Origin: Setoptus koraiensis | Lineage: Eukaryota > Animalia > Arthropoda | DNA length: 64,000 bases | Reading direction: 5' to 3' | NCBI GenBank assembly: GCA_048013815.1 | Contig: CM106586.1 | Location: forward strand, 9,486,001-9,550,000 | Shown here: positions 11,613 through 25,133 of the stretch, piece after piece | How positions within the stretch are numbered: position 1 is the stretch's first letter | How the letters are laid out: the number at the start of each line of letters is the position of its first letter | Made by a program: the position numbers and the translations under genes | Notes under the pieces: model-generated | The model's database searches: none | Told to the model about the DNA's origin: nothing | Seen by the model: only the letters and a program-made list of their open reading frames with translations

Positions 11613-14600
11613 GGCTGGTCAGTGGCGGGCCGCAAACAAGGCTAACAAACGCACCAACAAACGCACCAACAAACAAACAAACAAACAAACTTTGGGCTAT
11701 TGGCTACATTGTTGGCGTCGATGACGAATAAACTAATGAAGCCAAGGCTGTGTCATTGTGAACATTGTGTGTCGAAATAGATACATTGTTGTGGTAGTAA
11801 AAGTGCGCCGATAACAGGCCGCATCCATTGAATTGACAGGGCCAACAATAGCAACACTGCATGTTATATAATGCATCACTGTAATGTTACATAATACACA
11901 AAGCGTTTGTTGCGGCGGTTGTTGCATTGTTGGCGTGTGTTATTGTCATGACACCACCGAACCGCTTGTCTACAAACAGGTGAAATTGACAATTGTTAGT
12001 TGTGTGACACAATTCAATTGATATGGAGCGATCACAAATCGATCGTTCACTCGTTCCAACGGAGCAGATCGTCGCAAAAACAATGCCCGCACACAACAAC
12101 AACAACAACAATCGGCTCGCTTGCCCGAGCTTCCATTGGCGCCATCTCGCGGTCTTGCCAACGAAAATTGCCAAGCGCGGTCCAACTGACCACCGACAAC
12201 AAACTCACTCACTGACAACAAACTGACTCACTGATTCGTTGCTGCATTGTTGCTGCTGGCCACTTTTACACTGCCGTTAATCACTTGCCTCAATCGATCT
12301 GCCGCCAACCGCTGGCCTCCGATTCACAATTGTCAATTGTCAGTCGATTCACCTGTTCACCTGTTGTGTACCTGCAACTTACAGGCTGTGAGTGTTAGGC
12401 CGACACAGTTGATCTCTGACACACTGCCCGCTGACACGCTGCCCGCCGACACACTGCATCCGATCAATGATTGGCAATAGTAATTGCAAATTGATAATTC
12501 ACAAACAAATAGCTTCGCATCACACAGTGAGCTAACGCGAGCGCTATGATGCAATCATAATTTTAATAATTATTGAAAAATTAATTAAATTGTAATAATT
12601 AATTAAAATTTCAATAATGATGAGCGCCAAACGATCGGTGTGCAGGGCGCAGATGAGCCCAAACAGGCATTTGTGAAACTGTCAGTCCAATAGCGAGCGA
12701 CAATTGAGCTGTCGGCTGTGCGGCAGCGACTTTTAAGCGCATCTTCAAAAGTTGACAATTGTTGTCAACTGTCACAAACGTCACAAACGTCACAAACGTC
12801 AAAAGTGTCAAAAGTGTCAGCGCCGCTCACAACGGATCAGATTAGGTGAGCCGGTTATAACATCTCATTCGTACATTATGCGCATCGTTGGTCGCAACAA
12901 GCGACCCGCTCGCAAGCAGCGATGGTCGCCCGATGGTGGCACTTGTGGCGCTCACAATCATAGTATCACACTATTGTATCAAGTCATGAGCCCGACTTGT
13001 CATTGACTTGTGAGATGCGTCGTTGCGTCATTTGAGTCGCTGCCGGTCAAACGAGCCCGGCCAACGAGCCCGGCCAACGAGCCCGCAAACGAGTGCCGTG
13101 GTGGCGAGCTGGCCAAATAACGTCATCGGGCCACTTGATAGTGCGACCATTAGATGACCATTACACATTTATGGAGTCTACCTGTGCGGCCAATTTGTTT
13201 GTTGTCGCTGGCTCGGTTGGGCTGGCTGTTTGGGCTGGCTGTTTGGGCTGGCTGTTTGTGCGCTGACTGAGCTGACTGCTCGAGCCGCATTCTCGACACA
13301 ATCGTCGCAAGCATCGCATTTGGAGATATCTGGACGATCAACAGTGTCGGACTTTGCAATTTGCGTGTAGTGTGTGTGTGTGTGTTGGCAAAGTGGCTCG
13401 CTGCCAGTATTGTGTGTCAACACCAGTGGACAGTGCTGGTGCCATACCGGCGTATGTATCTGTGCCAGTTTGATGTAATATAAATATAGACGCAGATATA
13501 ACAACAAATTAGACAGATAGAGAGAGATTTTTCATTATTGTGCCACTTGCCAGTTGCCGGCCTATGTTTTGGCTCATCTTGGGAGGCATAACATGAGGCT
13601 CGTCACAGTCACACTGACACCTGAAGGCAGCCAAAGCGATCTGATTAAGACACTGACTAATTAAGATCTTGATGACCTGCTGTCAGCCGCGAATCTCACA
13701 ATGTTTGCTCACAAGTCATCGTTGAGTGACTTGCTCACCATTGCCAACTGGGCACCTAGAATGCATTCCTCCAATCGTCGACTAGAATGCATCGCTCCAA
13801 TCGTCGAGTCACTCAATTCTCGATTCTCAATTCTCGTTCTTGCAAACACACGGACAGTCTATGTGCATGGGCAAGGCTCGTGGGCCAACAGCGTCGACAC
13901 TCTCGACTTGAGTGTGTCAACAGAGTTGCGAGTCGCGACATTATGAGCCTATTGGCCTATGAGATTGCCAACTCTTTCCAATTCAAATTTGTCACTTTTG
14001 TCACATTCGGCGCGTTTGTCGCGTTCGTCGCGTTCGTCGCGTTCGTCGCGTTTGTCGCATTTTCTCGATGGTTCCCTCGCGATTTTTCGCAATTTTTCAC
14101 CGATTTTTCGCAATCTTTCACACACACGGTTTGTGAAACCCTTCACATCACGCGATGGGACCGGGCCTCGACTCGAGGCCCTCGAGCTGCGGCGACAGGG
14201 GCCCAATCGTGGCGTATATCGCATAAGTATGTCGTATTATGCGACTCGTACATGCGTCGTGTCGTGGCGAGCCGAGCGGCCGACAATTTGGGCAGGCTGC
14301 CGGGCTCGGCCGGCCAGAGAGCGACCGCTCAGCGTGTGGCGCGGCCAGCTCCTCTCACCGCTTGTCTGACGGCGTCTCGCCAGACGAGCCTGCTGGTTGG
14401 CATTTGGCCGTTTGCAAATATAAATAGACGCAATAATTTATATAATTCATATAATGACCAACTTGTCTCACTTTGTCTGTGGGCAAGTGTTGGGCAAGTT
14501 GCGCAACACACAATAATACGCCGCCAAATGAAGTGTCTCGGCTGGCTGTGACAGAGCGCCGGACAGTCAGCTTAACCTGTCGGGCGAAATTCAATGAAAC

Positions 14601-15121
14601 GAATTTCGATGAAACGAAACTCAATGAGACGACACTCGCACACGATGAATGAAACGAGATCGAGCCGAATGGCCAATTGTAGCGACTGGTCGCAGGTTGA
14701 TCGCGAACTGCGCTCTTGATCCCAATCTCGTAATTAAGTCTCCAGATTAATTAACGCCCAGAACGAAGATTAGCGAGCGAGTAGGCAAAGGGTTAGCCAG
14801 CGGTATTAGTAGTTAATATTAGTAGGGCAGCCGATAGTTGCATTGCGGCGCTCTTTGCAGCGCGCTTCGGCCGCTCGACGGTTCGGCCGCTCGACGGAGC
14901 GGCTGCCAGCGACGGTCCGGCTGCCAGCGACGAGAGAACCGGATTTGGCCAACATGACAACCTGCGTTTATTATGCAACTTGCTCTTCTCTCGGCTGTTA
15001 TGCAGCCCGTCGCGACTGTTGCCAGTCCGGCCCGGCGCTGGCAGTTGCGCATGCGGTTGGCGTCGCGCAAATATTGTTAATATTTGGCTCACAGTTGGCC
15101 GGTCTGGCGCTGCCATTTCAA

Positions 15122-15237
15122 CGATATTTCGGCGATATTTCAACGGTATTTCGGCCATGTTTAGGCGATGTTTTGGCGATATTTCAGCGGTGTTTCGGCC
15201 ATGTTTCGGCGGTTATTCGGCGATTTTTCGGCCATGT
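15122..15237 (+). repeat. Degenerate 11-bp array (CGATATTTCGG)x~10
   Basis: An 11-bp period is visible across the span. Confidence 0.85.
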
Positions 15238-15596
15238 TGCATACAGTGCAACAGCGCACATCGGGCATGTGGCCAGCGAAATGTGAGCGCCCTTTGGCCA
15301 CTTAATTTCACAAATTTCACAAATTTCACAAGCTTGTGCACTCGCGAGCCGGCCAGTCGATGCTCGTTAGCGGTCGGCGTGAGCGACGGCGACACAAACG
15401 GGCGCTCGCGGCGCACAAATAACGCACAATAAAAGCTCCCCATTCCTCCCGACGCGTCGCCAGTCCTCCCAACTCGTCGCCAGTCCTCCCGATTCCTCCC
15501 AATGACGACCACTCACCGCCGGACAATGCGACCATAATCTGCCGGCAAATCGCAAGCGCATAGAGCGCGGTACGTGCTGCCGGCTCTCAAATGGCC

Positions 15597-15673
15597 TGAC
15601 GAGCAATAGGCGCCCGTGACGAGCAATAGGCGCCCGTGACGAGCAATGGGCGCCCGTGACGAGCAATGGGCGC
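15597..15673 (+). repeat. 20-bp array (TGACGAGCAATRGGCGCCCG)x~4
   Basis: Three full copies and one partial copy. Confidence 0.93.
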
Positions 15674-16893
15674 ATCCGGTAACTCGATGATGGGCGCGCT
15701 GGACGAGAAGCAAGCGCACATTTGCACTCGTTTGTGTTGTCGTTTGAGATTCATGCAACAAGTGGTCAGTGCGCCATGAAACTGGTTTGCAGGCCAACAG
15801 GCGATATATTACTAATGTAATATTAGCGAGATGAGCAGATATTATCAAGTGGCAAGTGGCGCAAGTGGCCCGAATTGTGATGCTCGCTAATGGTGCCAGA
15901 ATGGCCAGAATTAGCCATTCTGGCAGTTAGCGAGAACAGTAGCAGTTGCACACAATGAGCGATATCTGTTACAATAATCATCACTTGTCAGAGCCAATCT
16001 CCGCTGCGCGCAATGCAACGAAATTCGCCGCAACCAGCCGCCACTCGTCGACTGCTTCGAATCTTTGTTCGCGACTCTTCGTTCGGAGCTTCTTCTCGGC
16101 TCTTTTCGCTCGGAGCGTCCCTTCGAAGCTTCCTTTCGACTTTCGACGCCCTCCGCGCAAAGCTTCGAGGGCTTGTGAGGCTTCGAAGGGCCACGCAAAC
16201 AGCACATTTAAGTGGATTAGTTGCGGCCACGATTTGGCGCTGCAGCGCGCAGGCCGCAGCATACGCCGGCAGCGGCCATTAAAGGGGCGGCCGGGATTAA
16301 TCATATCATCATCTTATATATCATCGTATTTTAATTTTGATTTCTTCGTTCTTTGACACACACTCTCGCAATGGGAACGCGACGCAATGTGAACGCGACG
16401 CAATGCGGACGCGACGCAATGTGGACATGACGCAATAGGAGTGTCGGTGCAGTGGGCCGCATTGTGAGCGGGCCAAGTGCAAAATTATTGGCCCTTGTTT
16501 TGGCCGTTGCGTAATCTGTCCTTGTTGTTGTCGGTTGTTGTTGTTGTTGTCTATTTGTTTTGCATTGGCTCAATTGGCCATAATACTGCATATGATGGCC
16601 AATTGAGCATATACACACACAGCGCGTCACCAAGCCGATCAAGGGCTTACAAGGGGCCGAAGTGGTCAGTCTGGCCAGCTTATAATTATTATTATTGTTA
16701 TTGCGTCATACAATAATAATAATGAATTATTCGGATTACGCAGCCAGTGCGAGCGGCCAGTGCGAGCGGTCAGTGTGAGCGGCCGGAATATAGCATTAGA
16801 GCGGCGAATAGTTTGCGGCACCTACTCAGTGTCCGGCCGGTCAGTGTGCTGGTCAGTGGTTGTTGTTTGGCGTGCCTGTTGCGTCACAATTGC

Positions 16894-16924
<31 letters not shown>

Positions 16925-17204
16925 CGTCCATTGTGCGCGCAACACAAAGCGCCAGTTATTACAAATAATATACTAATGATAATAATATAATAATGGCAGT
17001 GCCATACTACCTGTGATATAATTAGAGCAGCCGTTGGCAACGTCCATTGGCCCAATGGCGTTGGGCCAGTTGCACAGCGCATCGCACAGGTAGACGTAAT
17101 TGTAATAACTCAAGTTGGCAACATTATTATTTTTGCTGCTGCTCGCTATTCAGCAACCTGTTCCAGCCCAATTTGCTCGCCCGCCATTGGGCTAACCAAT
17201 GGCG

Positions 17205-17270
17205 GCCAACAGGTGAGTTGGGCCGCTCGCCAACAGGTGAGTTGGGCCGCTCACGGCCAACAGGTGAGCC
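17205..17270 (+). repeat. 24-bp array GCCAACAGGTGAGTTGGGCCGCTC x2 plus a partial copy
   Basis: Copies at 17205 and 17229; partial copy at 17256. Confidence 0.92.
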
Positions 17271-17433
17271 CAATGGCGGGCGCAGTACGAACAGACGGGC
17301 GCAAGAGTGACTCACTTGAAGAGTGACGAGCTGCGAGCAAGTGCAAAGAGGATTAGACTGTCTAATTTAGACAGCGGGTAGCGATGCGACACAGCGACAC
17401 AGCGACGGCTGAGCGATTTGCTGAAAGGGGGCC

Positions 17434-17441
17434 TATAAAAG
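17434..17441 (+). promoter_or_regulatory. Candidate TATA box (TATAAAAG) in a GC-rich, CAGGTG-rich context
   Basis: Exact TATAAAAG flanked by GC-rich sequence, with CCAAT motifs and CAACAGGTGAG repeats upstream. No downstream gene identified. Confidence 0.25.
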
Positions 17442-20391
17442 GGTTGCGCAATCTGTTTGCACAACAGCCCCCGACTCGCCGCACCACCCGCTCACCTGTT
17501 GAGCGGGCATGCGAACAGGTGAGCCATAGGCGAGCTATAGGTGAGCTCACAATCTAAATCACAGACTGTGTAGGATCTCACAAGATGATGGGCGCTTGTG
17601 GCGCCACCAGTGTACTATTACTATTTATTGCGCAACGATTGTGTACTGACAATGATTGTGAGTAGACTGGTGGCGGCCTATATCGACCAAAATGGTTGAC
17701 GCTCGCCGGCTTGCAAGGCCCACAATGGCACGCCAACATGAAGCATCCGCTGTGATGCAACGAGCGAGCGCCATCACAAACTAACGAGTTTAGCTACTAA
17801 TTTCGTCTCTTCTCGTCGAATTCATCGTCGTCTCGTCCAATTCATCGTCTCAAGTCTCGATTTGGTCGCCGGCGTATCGAGTGTGGATTTGTTCTCGGCG
17901 AACCTTGAACTTGACTCGTTGTTTGACACACACGCACAAATGATAATTAATAGGCCTTGCTCAATATCTCTAATGAGTGTGAGTGTGTCTACAGGCAGCC
18001 ACTAGTGTCGCCCGATTGTGCAATAGGCAGCCAATTGCAACAGGTGAGAACACCTTCGGATTTCGGCCAATCTGTTGGGCGAGCGACTAGGCGTTGCTGC
18101 CTTGTAACCTGAACTGGCTGCGTGTGTGTGTCAATGATCATTATTAACTTTTATTAAATTAATGTGTTAAGCCCCTATTCGATATTTTGTTTGTCTATGT
18201 TTTCGGAAATTGCTGCAAACTGGCTGCCGCAGTAGATATCGTGATGACGATATTAACATGATACATGCGCCGGCAGCAGCCTCCAGATCGCCACACAGCC
18301 ACCACGACAGCAACAACAGCAACAGCAACAACATCAACAGCAACGACAGCAGCAACAACAACGGCAACAGCAACAACGGCAACAACCACCACGACAACGG
18401 CTAATTGTGAGCATGTCGAAATGTCTAGAAAGGCGAGAAAAGGGTTGAGAAGAAATTGCCCAAAATTGGCCGGTCGTCGCGCAAAAACAAGCCCACTGCT
18501 CACACATATTACACATTACACATATTATACATTGCATATTACACACATTATATATTCATGCGAATCACGAACCGATAATTTTAGCTGAAACTTAAGAAAT
18601 AGTTTTAAATAAAACAAAATCTCCTAGCGCATAAACTGGCTGGCGGCTGCCGGCCGACTGGCTTCGTCTGTCATTGTGTCGCTAAATTAAAACACACACA
18701 CTCAAGGCGCACAATCTATGAAACGCCAGGTTAGATAATAAATCAAATCAGATGGTGCTAAGCTTACCACCTCTGCATAAAAGTTACAACTAACGTTGCG
18801 TCAAGTAATAGATATAAGTCATGTTGTTGTCAAATGGAATCGTGTTTAAACTATTAAACTAGAATGAGATTATCAACCCCTTACTACTGCTATCTGTGTG
18901 CCCTTTGTAGTTGCAGTTGTGAGCAGTCGTCTCGCCCTGTGTCTCTCACAAGTCATACATGACAACAGCAACAACAACGGCAACAACAGCAACAACAACA
19001 GCAACAGCAACAACAACGACAGCAACAACAGAGTGTGCATTACGTAACAACAGGAGAAGATAAGATTGAGAGCAAATGTAGATGTAACCATTAGTAGCAT
19101 GCAAATGATTATTATATCTTGATAGAGATAGTCTTGGCTCATATTGATTGTTGACTATCACACAAGCGGCCATCTTTGCACCAGTGGTGCCAGTTGTAGT
19201 GGCAGTCGTGGCAGTGGTGCCAGTGGTCGTGGTGTCGGCGGTGGTGGCGAAACGTAATTACATCGACAACAGAGTTACTCCAACAACCAGGATGCGGGCA
19301 CCTTTTCGATTCGGTCCGGCCGAATTGCAAAACCAATTATCGGGCAAATTGCTCTCTCTCTCTTTCTCGTTCTGTCTGTCTCCACCAGGCTGGATTATCC
19401 CTATCCTCTCTGGCTGTCTCGCATATAAGCATGTCTCTCAATCAACTCTATATGCCAGCACAAGCTCACACAAATCGGTAGTTGTTGCGAGTTGATGAAT
19501 TTTAGATTGGCTAATAAATTAATATCATGTTGTTAGTCGTTATGTAAAAGTCCAAGTGCCATCAGCTTGCACCACAGGCACTCCGCGGGACGCCACACAC
19601 AACAACAACCACAACAGCAACATGATCACTGTATACCTAATGACATTTACATTTTTACACCATCATAAACCTGGAATTAACCCTTCCCTTACCTCATACC
19701 TAAACACACAATACTTATACCATCACGCTATAGGTATAACAACTTTGATCAATATAAATATATACTGTTCTAAAAACATACCAATTTACTTCACCATTCT
19801 CTCGGCAAGGTAGTTGATGAGACAATAAATTATTGTCACATTTGTTCGTGATAATTTGCATCTAGAATGAACCAATTACCAGCTCCAGTATATAGTGAGT
19901 AGTCTCGCTAGTAGTGAGTAGGCTTACTAGTTGAAACTATTAATCTCTATTCTAGGTCTAGTCACTATGATCCTTAAGCTAGATCATACATAACCTCTGT
20001 AAGCCGCTGTTAAACTACTATGCAACAGCAAGCATTGATTTGTGGCGACCAAATACCCTCAAACTTGAATAAGGTGACATATTCAAATAAACCGATTTAA
20101 CCTCACTCAGGCTCCACAAGCAAAAAGAAAATTCAAGTTCGTTCTTATCAATTGCTACTTTCCGCATTTGTATTTAATTTAAGTTTGGGCCTTTCGTACA
20201 AGAATCTCAATGACGCTTCTATATCATTATCAAAATAATCATTTGAACAGTTTGCAAACTGATTTTCTTATTCAGGAATCTCGAATCAGTTTGAACAGTT
20301 CATCTCATCATAAACCTTTTGGCGGACACATTTTCTTCAAATGTGCTACTTTATGTTTGTATCTTGATATTTGTAGCTGTTGTGTCATTGC

Positions 20392-23300
20392 TTATTGACT
20401 TCGTAGTAATAGTTGCATCTTCTTTTTCAGTATTCTTTCAAATTCCTTTATAGAATCGCTGTAGCTATCAACAAGTTTTGATTTGATGCTTCCAATGGTT
20501 GGAGCAGATTTCTACAAGTTAATGACAATGAACAGAAATAAAAGAAAATATGAGTTGTGTGATTATTACGTAGACATAAAGACATGACAGGACTAAAGAG
20601 ATCAAGATATTTGCAATGACCTACCTCACAATGCAATAGTTGACGCAAACCTCCGAGATCTGATTGGCTTAATGGTGTTTGGTCAGATATTAATTCAGGC
20701 AGTATCGTTGTACTCTCATCATTAGCTATTGCCTTGCAGTCTATAGTTTTCAGTAAGCTTAGCACCTTAGAGACTTGACCTTCAAATCGGTTAATCAAAT
20801 CATTAACGGACAGTTGCATGTTGTTTTTGTTTGTAACAATGGTTTGTTTAGACGCCGATGCTGACTGAGATGATGATTTATTAGCATTGGAAGATCCGCC
20901 CTTTGTTTTATGGTTTGTTGTTGCGCTGATTGGACTATTATTTACTTTCTCTAGTTGAGCGATAATCTGTTGTTGCATCTTAGGAGTGAGAGAAATCACT
21001 ATCATTATTCCTATAGATATGGTCTCTATGGTGACTGTCATTGCTGATAATACTTGTCTCATGTTTAACAAGCAAGTGGCCTTCCTAATACTGGCCTCAA
21101 GATCTGCATATATTTTCTCGAAATAACTATTGAAGCATTTCTTCATATCAGCAGTGGTTTCAGTCCCGCTAGTGCTTTTTATATAATAGTCAATCAGGTA
21201 TATTATCAGACTTAGGTGCTGGTCCATATTCACATAAGAACTTCTGAAAGGTGTAGCTTCGGGTTCGAGGTACGAGTGCATCTCTGAACATTTGTCACCA
21301 CCAGAAGGATGAATGCTTGCCAGTTTGGATTTAAGCTCAATCAATTTGTTTGAACTGTCTAATAGATTCTTGTGTATATCAGAGTTTTCGTTTACAGACG
21401 AAATATTTGAACTATAGCATATGGACACACATTTGATTATATGATACCTTACTTGCAACCAAAGAAGTTCATCGTTGTAAGACCTTTCAAGGCGTTCGGC
21501 GATCAACTTATTAGTCTGAGAATGTAGGCTTCTTAGTACTTTAAAATCACGATTATCTCTCACTTCATCCCAACTGTTATTTTGGTCAAAATCATGTAAT
21601 TGTTTCATGTCATAACTTGTTTGCCAGGTATTAGTCAAGAACATGGCTTCAGGATGGCTACCTATATTGAGTATTTTCACTACTACGCTTAAGATTGAAC
21701 ATTGCTTGTTGTTCAATGAATTGGCGAGTCTATCTTTGACATCGGTAAGTTGTTCAATCTGGGCGAATCGACAATTTCTATAGCTTGTTGTCAGACTGTC
21801 ATAACATTCCCTAAGGCCTACCATGTAAAACTTAGAACATGTTTGTAAGGATTCCTGAGAGGAACTATAATGTCCGCAATAGTATAATATGGGATTTAGA
21901 AGATGGCCTAGAGTGTCAATCTGAAAGTGTTTAATATCTAGCATCTCTAGAATTGAGGCACTTATCTTAGATGCACCAACAAAACCATATAACTTAAGTA
22001 AGGTTAACTTAATCAAATGGTTAGAGGGACTGTTGATCATTGCATTTTCCAGTATTACTAAAGTAGAAATAATCAAAGAGTTGGTCAGTAGGGATGTGTC
22101 GCTTGAGCTGATAGAATTTGTCAACAAGGAATTAACGGCTAAAATACAATAGTGGTCGACGGGCAGGAAATCAGTCCTTGGGTTATTTTTACCCAATCGT
22201 AGATTAGTTTCGTAAAGATGAATATACTTTTTAGCTAGTGAAGTTCTTTTGAATAAATCGTCTGAGGGTTGGTAATCCTTGAAACAATGGTCGAGCATAT
22301 GATAATTTAATAATATACTGAAGGCGGTAAAAGTGTTTTCATCTGACGAGGAAAGCAGCTTTTCGCACTCACTGTCCACCCAGGATTTCAAGTCTGCGAG
22401 AAGCTGAGATATATCTTCTTTTTTAAGTTGGCACTTGGACACCATGTATTCCATATCGTAAAAGCACGATAGCTTAACACTAAAGGATTGAAAGAAGTCC
22501 ATCAACAACATGTTAAGCGAGGGATATTTGGACATGCATTGATTCTTGCACAAAGGTACTGAATTTGCGGGCAAAGATGCTTCGTAAGTTTGGATCATAT
22601 GATTGAGTTCGATGCGAGCCATGAAAGGTCCCCTAATCATGTTTCTATTTTGTTTTGATGATGACCGTGACAGAACTTGCTGGTTCTTGACAGAGGATGG
22701 CAAATTTTTAGCGGGTTTCTGTGTCTGATGATTGCTCTCTAGCGCAATAAGACATTGACGTTCGACAATGTCGAAGCACTCGGCAAAGCTTGAGCCGGCT
22801 TTTGATGGAATGGAGGCCTGTTGGTCCTGTTGGGATTGTTGTTGCGGTTGCTGAGATGCGGCCTCAGTTTCAAGTAGCAGGGCACTCTTGAATAGTCCCT
22901 GATAATATTCTAATTGGTCTGGATAGTCTTGAATTAGTTTTGGAAAATAATGCTTAAATGCACGCGCAATGTACATACACATTTTCATATCCAAACAAAG
23001 ATATGCTTTTGCCCTAGTCAGTTTACCGAGATGATCGTTGTTACGTAAGCACTTTGTTTCTTCGAGCACACGATATTCCTCGTCGTACATGCCCAATTTG
23101 TGCAAAATCATAATATATAGCTCCACTTCTAGCTCTTCGTGCGTTTTCTCTTCGTCCATCATTTTTTTCATTTTTTTCTCTGCTAATGATAAGCAAACAC
23201 GCGCTAGTTTGTCTTGATTCTTGTAAACACGAGCCTGCATAACTAGCGACATGATGCCCCAAAACATATAAGGTCTCTTAGAGGAGTAGATTTTGTACAT

Positions 23301-23726
23301 GAACCTGGCTATCTCGTCTTGCTTTTGATAGTTACATGTTCTGACGTAGGCCATAAATAGATGTGCAAGTAGCTCTTCGTTTTTTGGATCCCTCTGGCGT
23401 GCTGCCTCGTACAAGTCAACGATTTTGTCCACTTGCGATGATTCCCTATAGCATATGGTCATTGTTTGCAGAGTGATCTCGTCCAGTTGCTCTGCCAGGC
23501 TGATCTCAGACAAAATCTCATTGGCTGCATCGTCTTTGGACAGGCGCAACAAGGCGAGCGATTTGAGTGCCTTGACACACTGGAGACCTTTGACTTTCTT
23601 CAGTAGTTTGTCGGCCTCTTGGACGGCCTTTTTGTTGCTGCCATTGTCCAGACAGTCATAGATGGGCTTGAGTCGCCTCTCAAGAGTGGAGGCATTGGTA
23701 ACGGTGTTGTTGCTTGAATTTACCAT
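20392..23726 (-). CDS. NAA25: N-alpha-acetyltransferase 25, NatB auxiliary subunit (psidin/MDM20 family); 2 exons: 23726-20625 and 20511-20392; about 1073 aa
   Basis: The N-terminus LERRLKPIYDCLDNGSNKKAVQEADKLLKK and the motifs DIKHFQIDTLGH and PYMFWGIMSL match the NAA25 family. The ORF-track C-terminus reads through a 113-nt GT..AG intron (20624-20512; gag|gtaggt ... ttgtag|aaa). Splicing gives KSAPTIGSIKSKLVDSYSDSIKEFERILKKKMQLLLRSQ*, which resembles the family C-terminus. Confidence 0.9.
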
Positions 23727-25133
23727 GACTTGTCCCTAGAATCAGTCAGAATGATAACAATGCGGCTCGGTGAATTAAATGTGTTCCTCAATAATAGTAG
23801 TGATGTCAATTATAAACCTAATAATAAATAAATAAATTTTTTCTAAATGTTTACCTGGTGCTCCAAATAAACCCACAACTGATCAGTAGTATAGCACGCT
23901 ACAGCACAGAGTTGTATGGAAAGAAAGAGAAAGAGAGAGTGCACGCAGTTGAAACACGTTTGGACGAGACACCCATGCCGTGCACAGCATTGCAGCAGAT
24001 TCCTCTGTGCCGCGCCATATTCAAATCAGTTTTCGGCTCGAATCAAGTCTGGCGATCGGGGGCTCCCATCTCTTTGCCTCGAACCCGCCGGGTCCTCCTC
24101 CTTCCCGATTACAACTGGTAGCTCACCGACGATCAATGAGGACCAACAGATCACTTTGACTGTAATTCAATGCAATTCAATTGATACTTAGACTGCATCT
24201 GTATCACCGCACTCATCAATTCATCTCCATCTCGCATATATAGAGTACCGCCTGGGGGCCCCATCTTGTACAATGGGTAGCAATCACCATTATTAGCTAC
24301 CCATTCTTCGATCACAATTCAACTCAATTGCCATCTGATTTGATCACTGGACACTAGGGGCGCTTTCGTATTTACTGCTTTCGGTCACAGTTTAACCTTA
24401 CAATGTTAGACAATTTCTCGGCCGAAAGTTGGGCCCGCGAGATGGTGGCGGAAAACTGTTGTTCACCACATTACTCGCACAACTAGTAAATCCAACTCTT
24501 GCATCTCTGCTGCATGTCAGCAGAGTATGCTGGCCCTTCGGGCATCTCGGTTAGACCCGTAACTCATGTATCTATGCGAGACGCTTCACCGATTAATGCG
24601 CATTGCAGTCACATGTGCTATAGGCACCAATACAACTATGTGCTCCATTAGCTGAAGCAAGGCACAAATGTGAGTCGATGCCAATGACTAAAAAACAGAT
24701 TGAAACACCCTTAATACTATGGCTACAGATGATAAGCAAAATATTGGATATATAAACGCTTCAAACAAACAAACAAACAGTTTGCGTATAGATTGTTTTG
24801 CATATAAATTGTTGTTGTGTAACACATTGCGCAAAATTATCACGCACTTGCCGCATGCGCTCATCTTGAGCGAGACCCATAATCGAGTGCACATAGGGGC
24901 GTGCCAATTACCATTGTGTCAAGTGCGTAGACAAGTGCATTGTTTATTGTATAAAATCTCTTGCAGATTATTGGCCAAGCCACTTATTATGGTCATTAAC
25001 TAATAGTATCATTATCATTGTCCACCATTATCCGAAAATACTCACTATACTCAACATCTATTACAATAAAATAATTATAATAATAATTATACCAGCGGTC
25101 TTCTAATTGAGCAACACATTTGAGCCCAACAAA

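Noticed and set aside
13594-13760. Faint fasciclin-like string DLDDLLSAANLTMFA after an in-frame stop
   Set aside because: It lacks the PT..AF continuation and the second conserved block; the resemblance is too weak without a profile search.
272-19495. Many ORF-track hits rich in poly-V/Q/C/T/L (e.g. 2722..3318, 3596..4360, 4003..4566, 13787..14551)
   Set aside because: They are translations of CAA/TTG tracts and short tandem arrays, are open in several overlapping frames, and show no family motifs.
19540-19623. 27-aa minus-strand smORF resembling a signal peptide (MLLLWLLLCVASRGVPVVQADG)
   Set aside because: The Leu run comes from a CAA repeat read in reverse, and there is no convincing splice donor or downstream exon.
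20448-20624. C-terminal 58 aa of the 1092-aa ORF in the track
   Set aside because: Read-through of a 113-nt intron and a wrong frame; the spliced exon gives the family-like NAA25 C-terminus.
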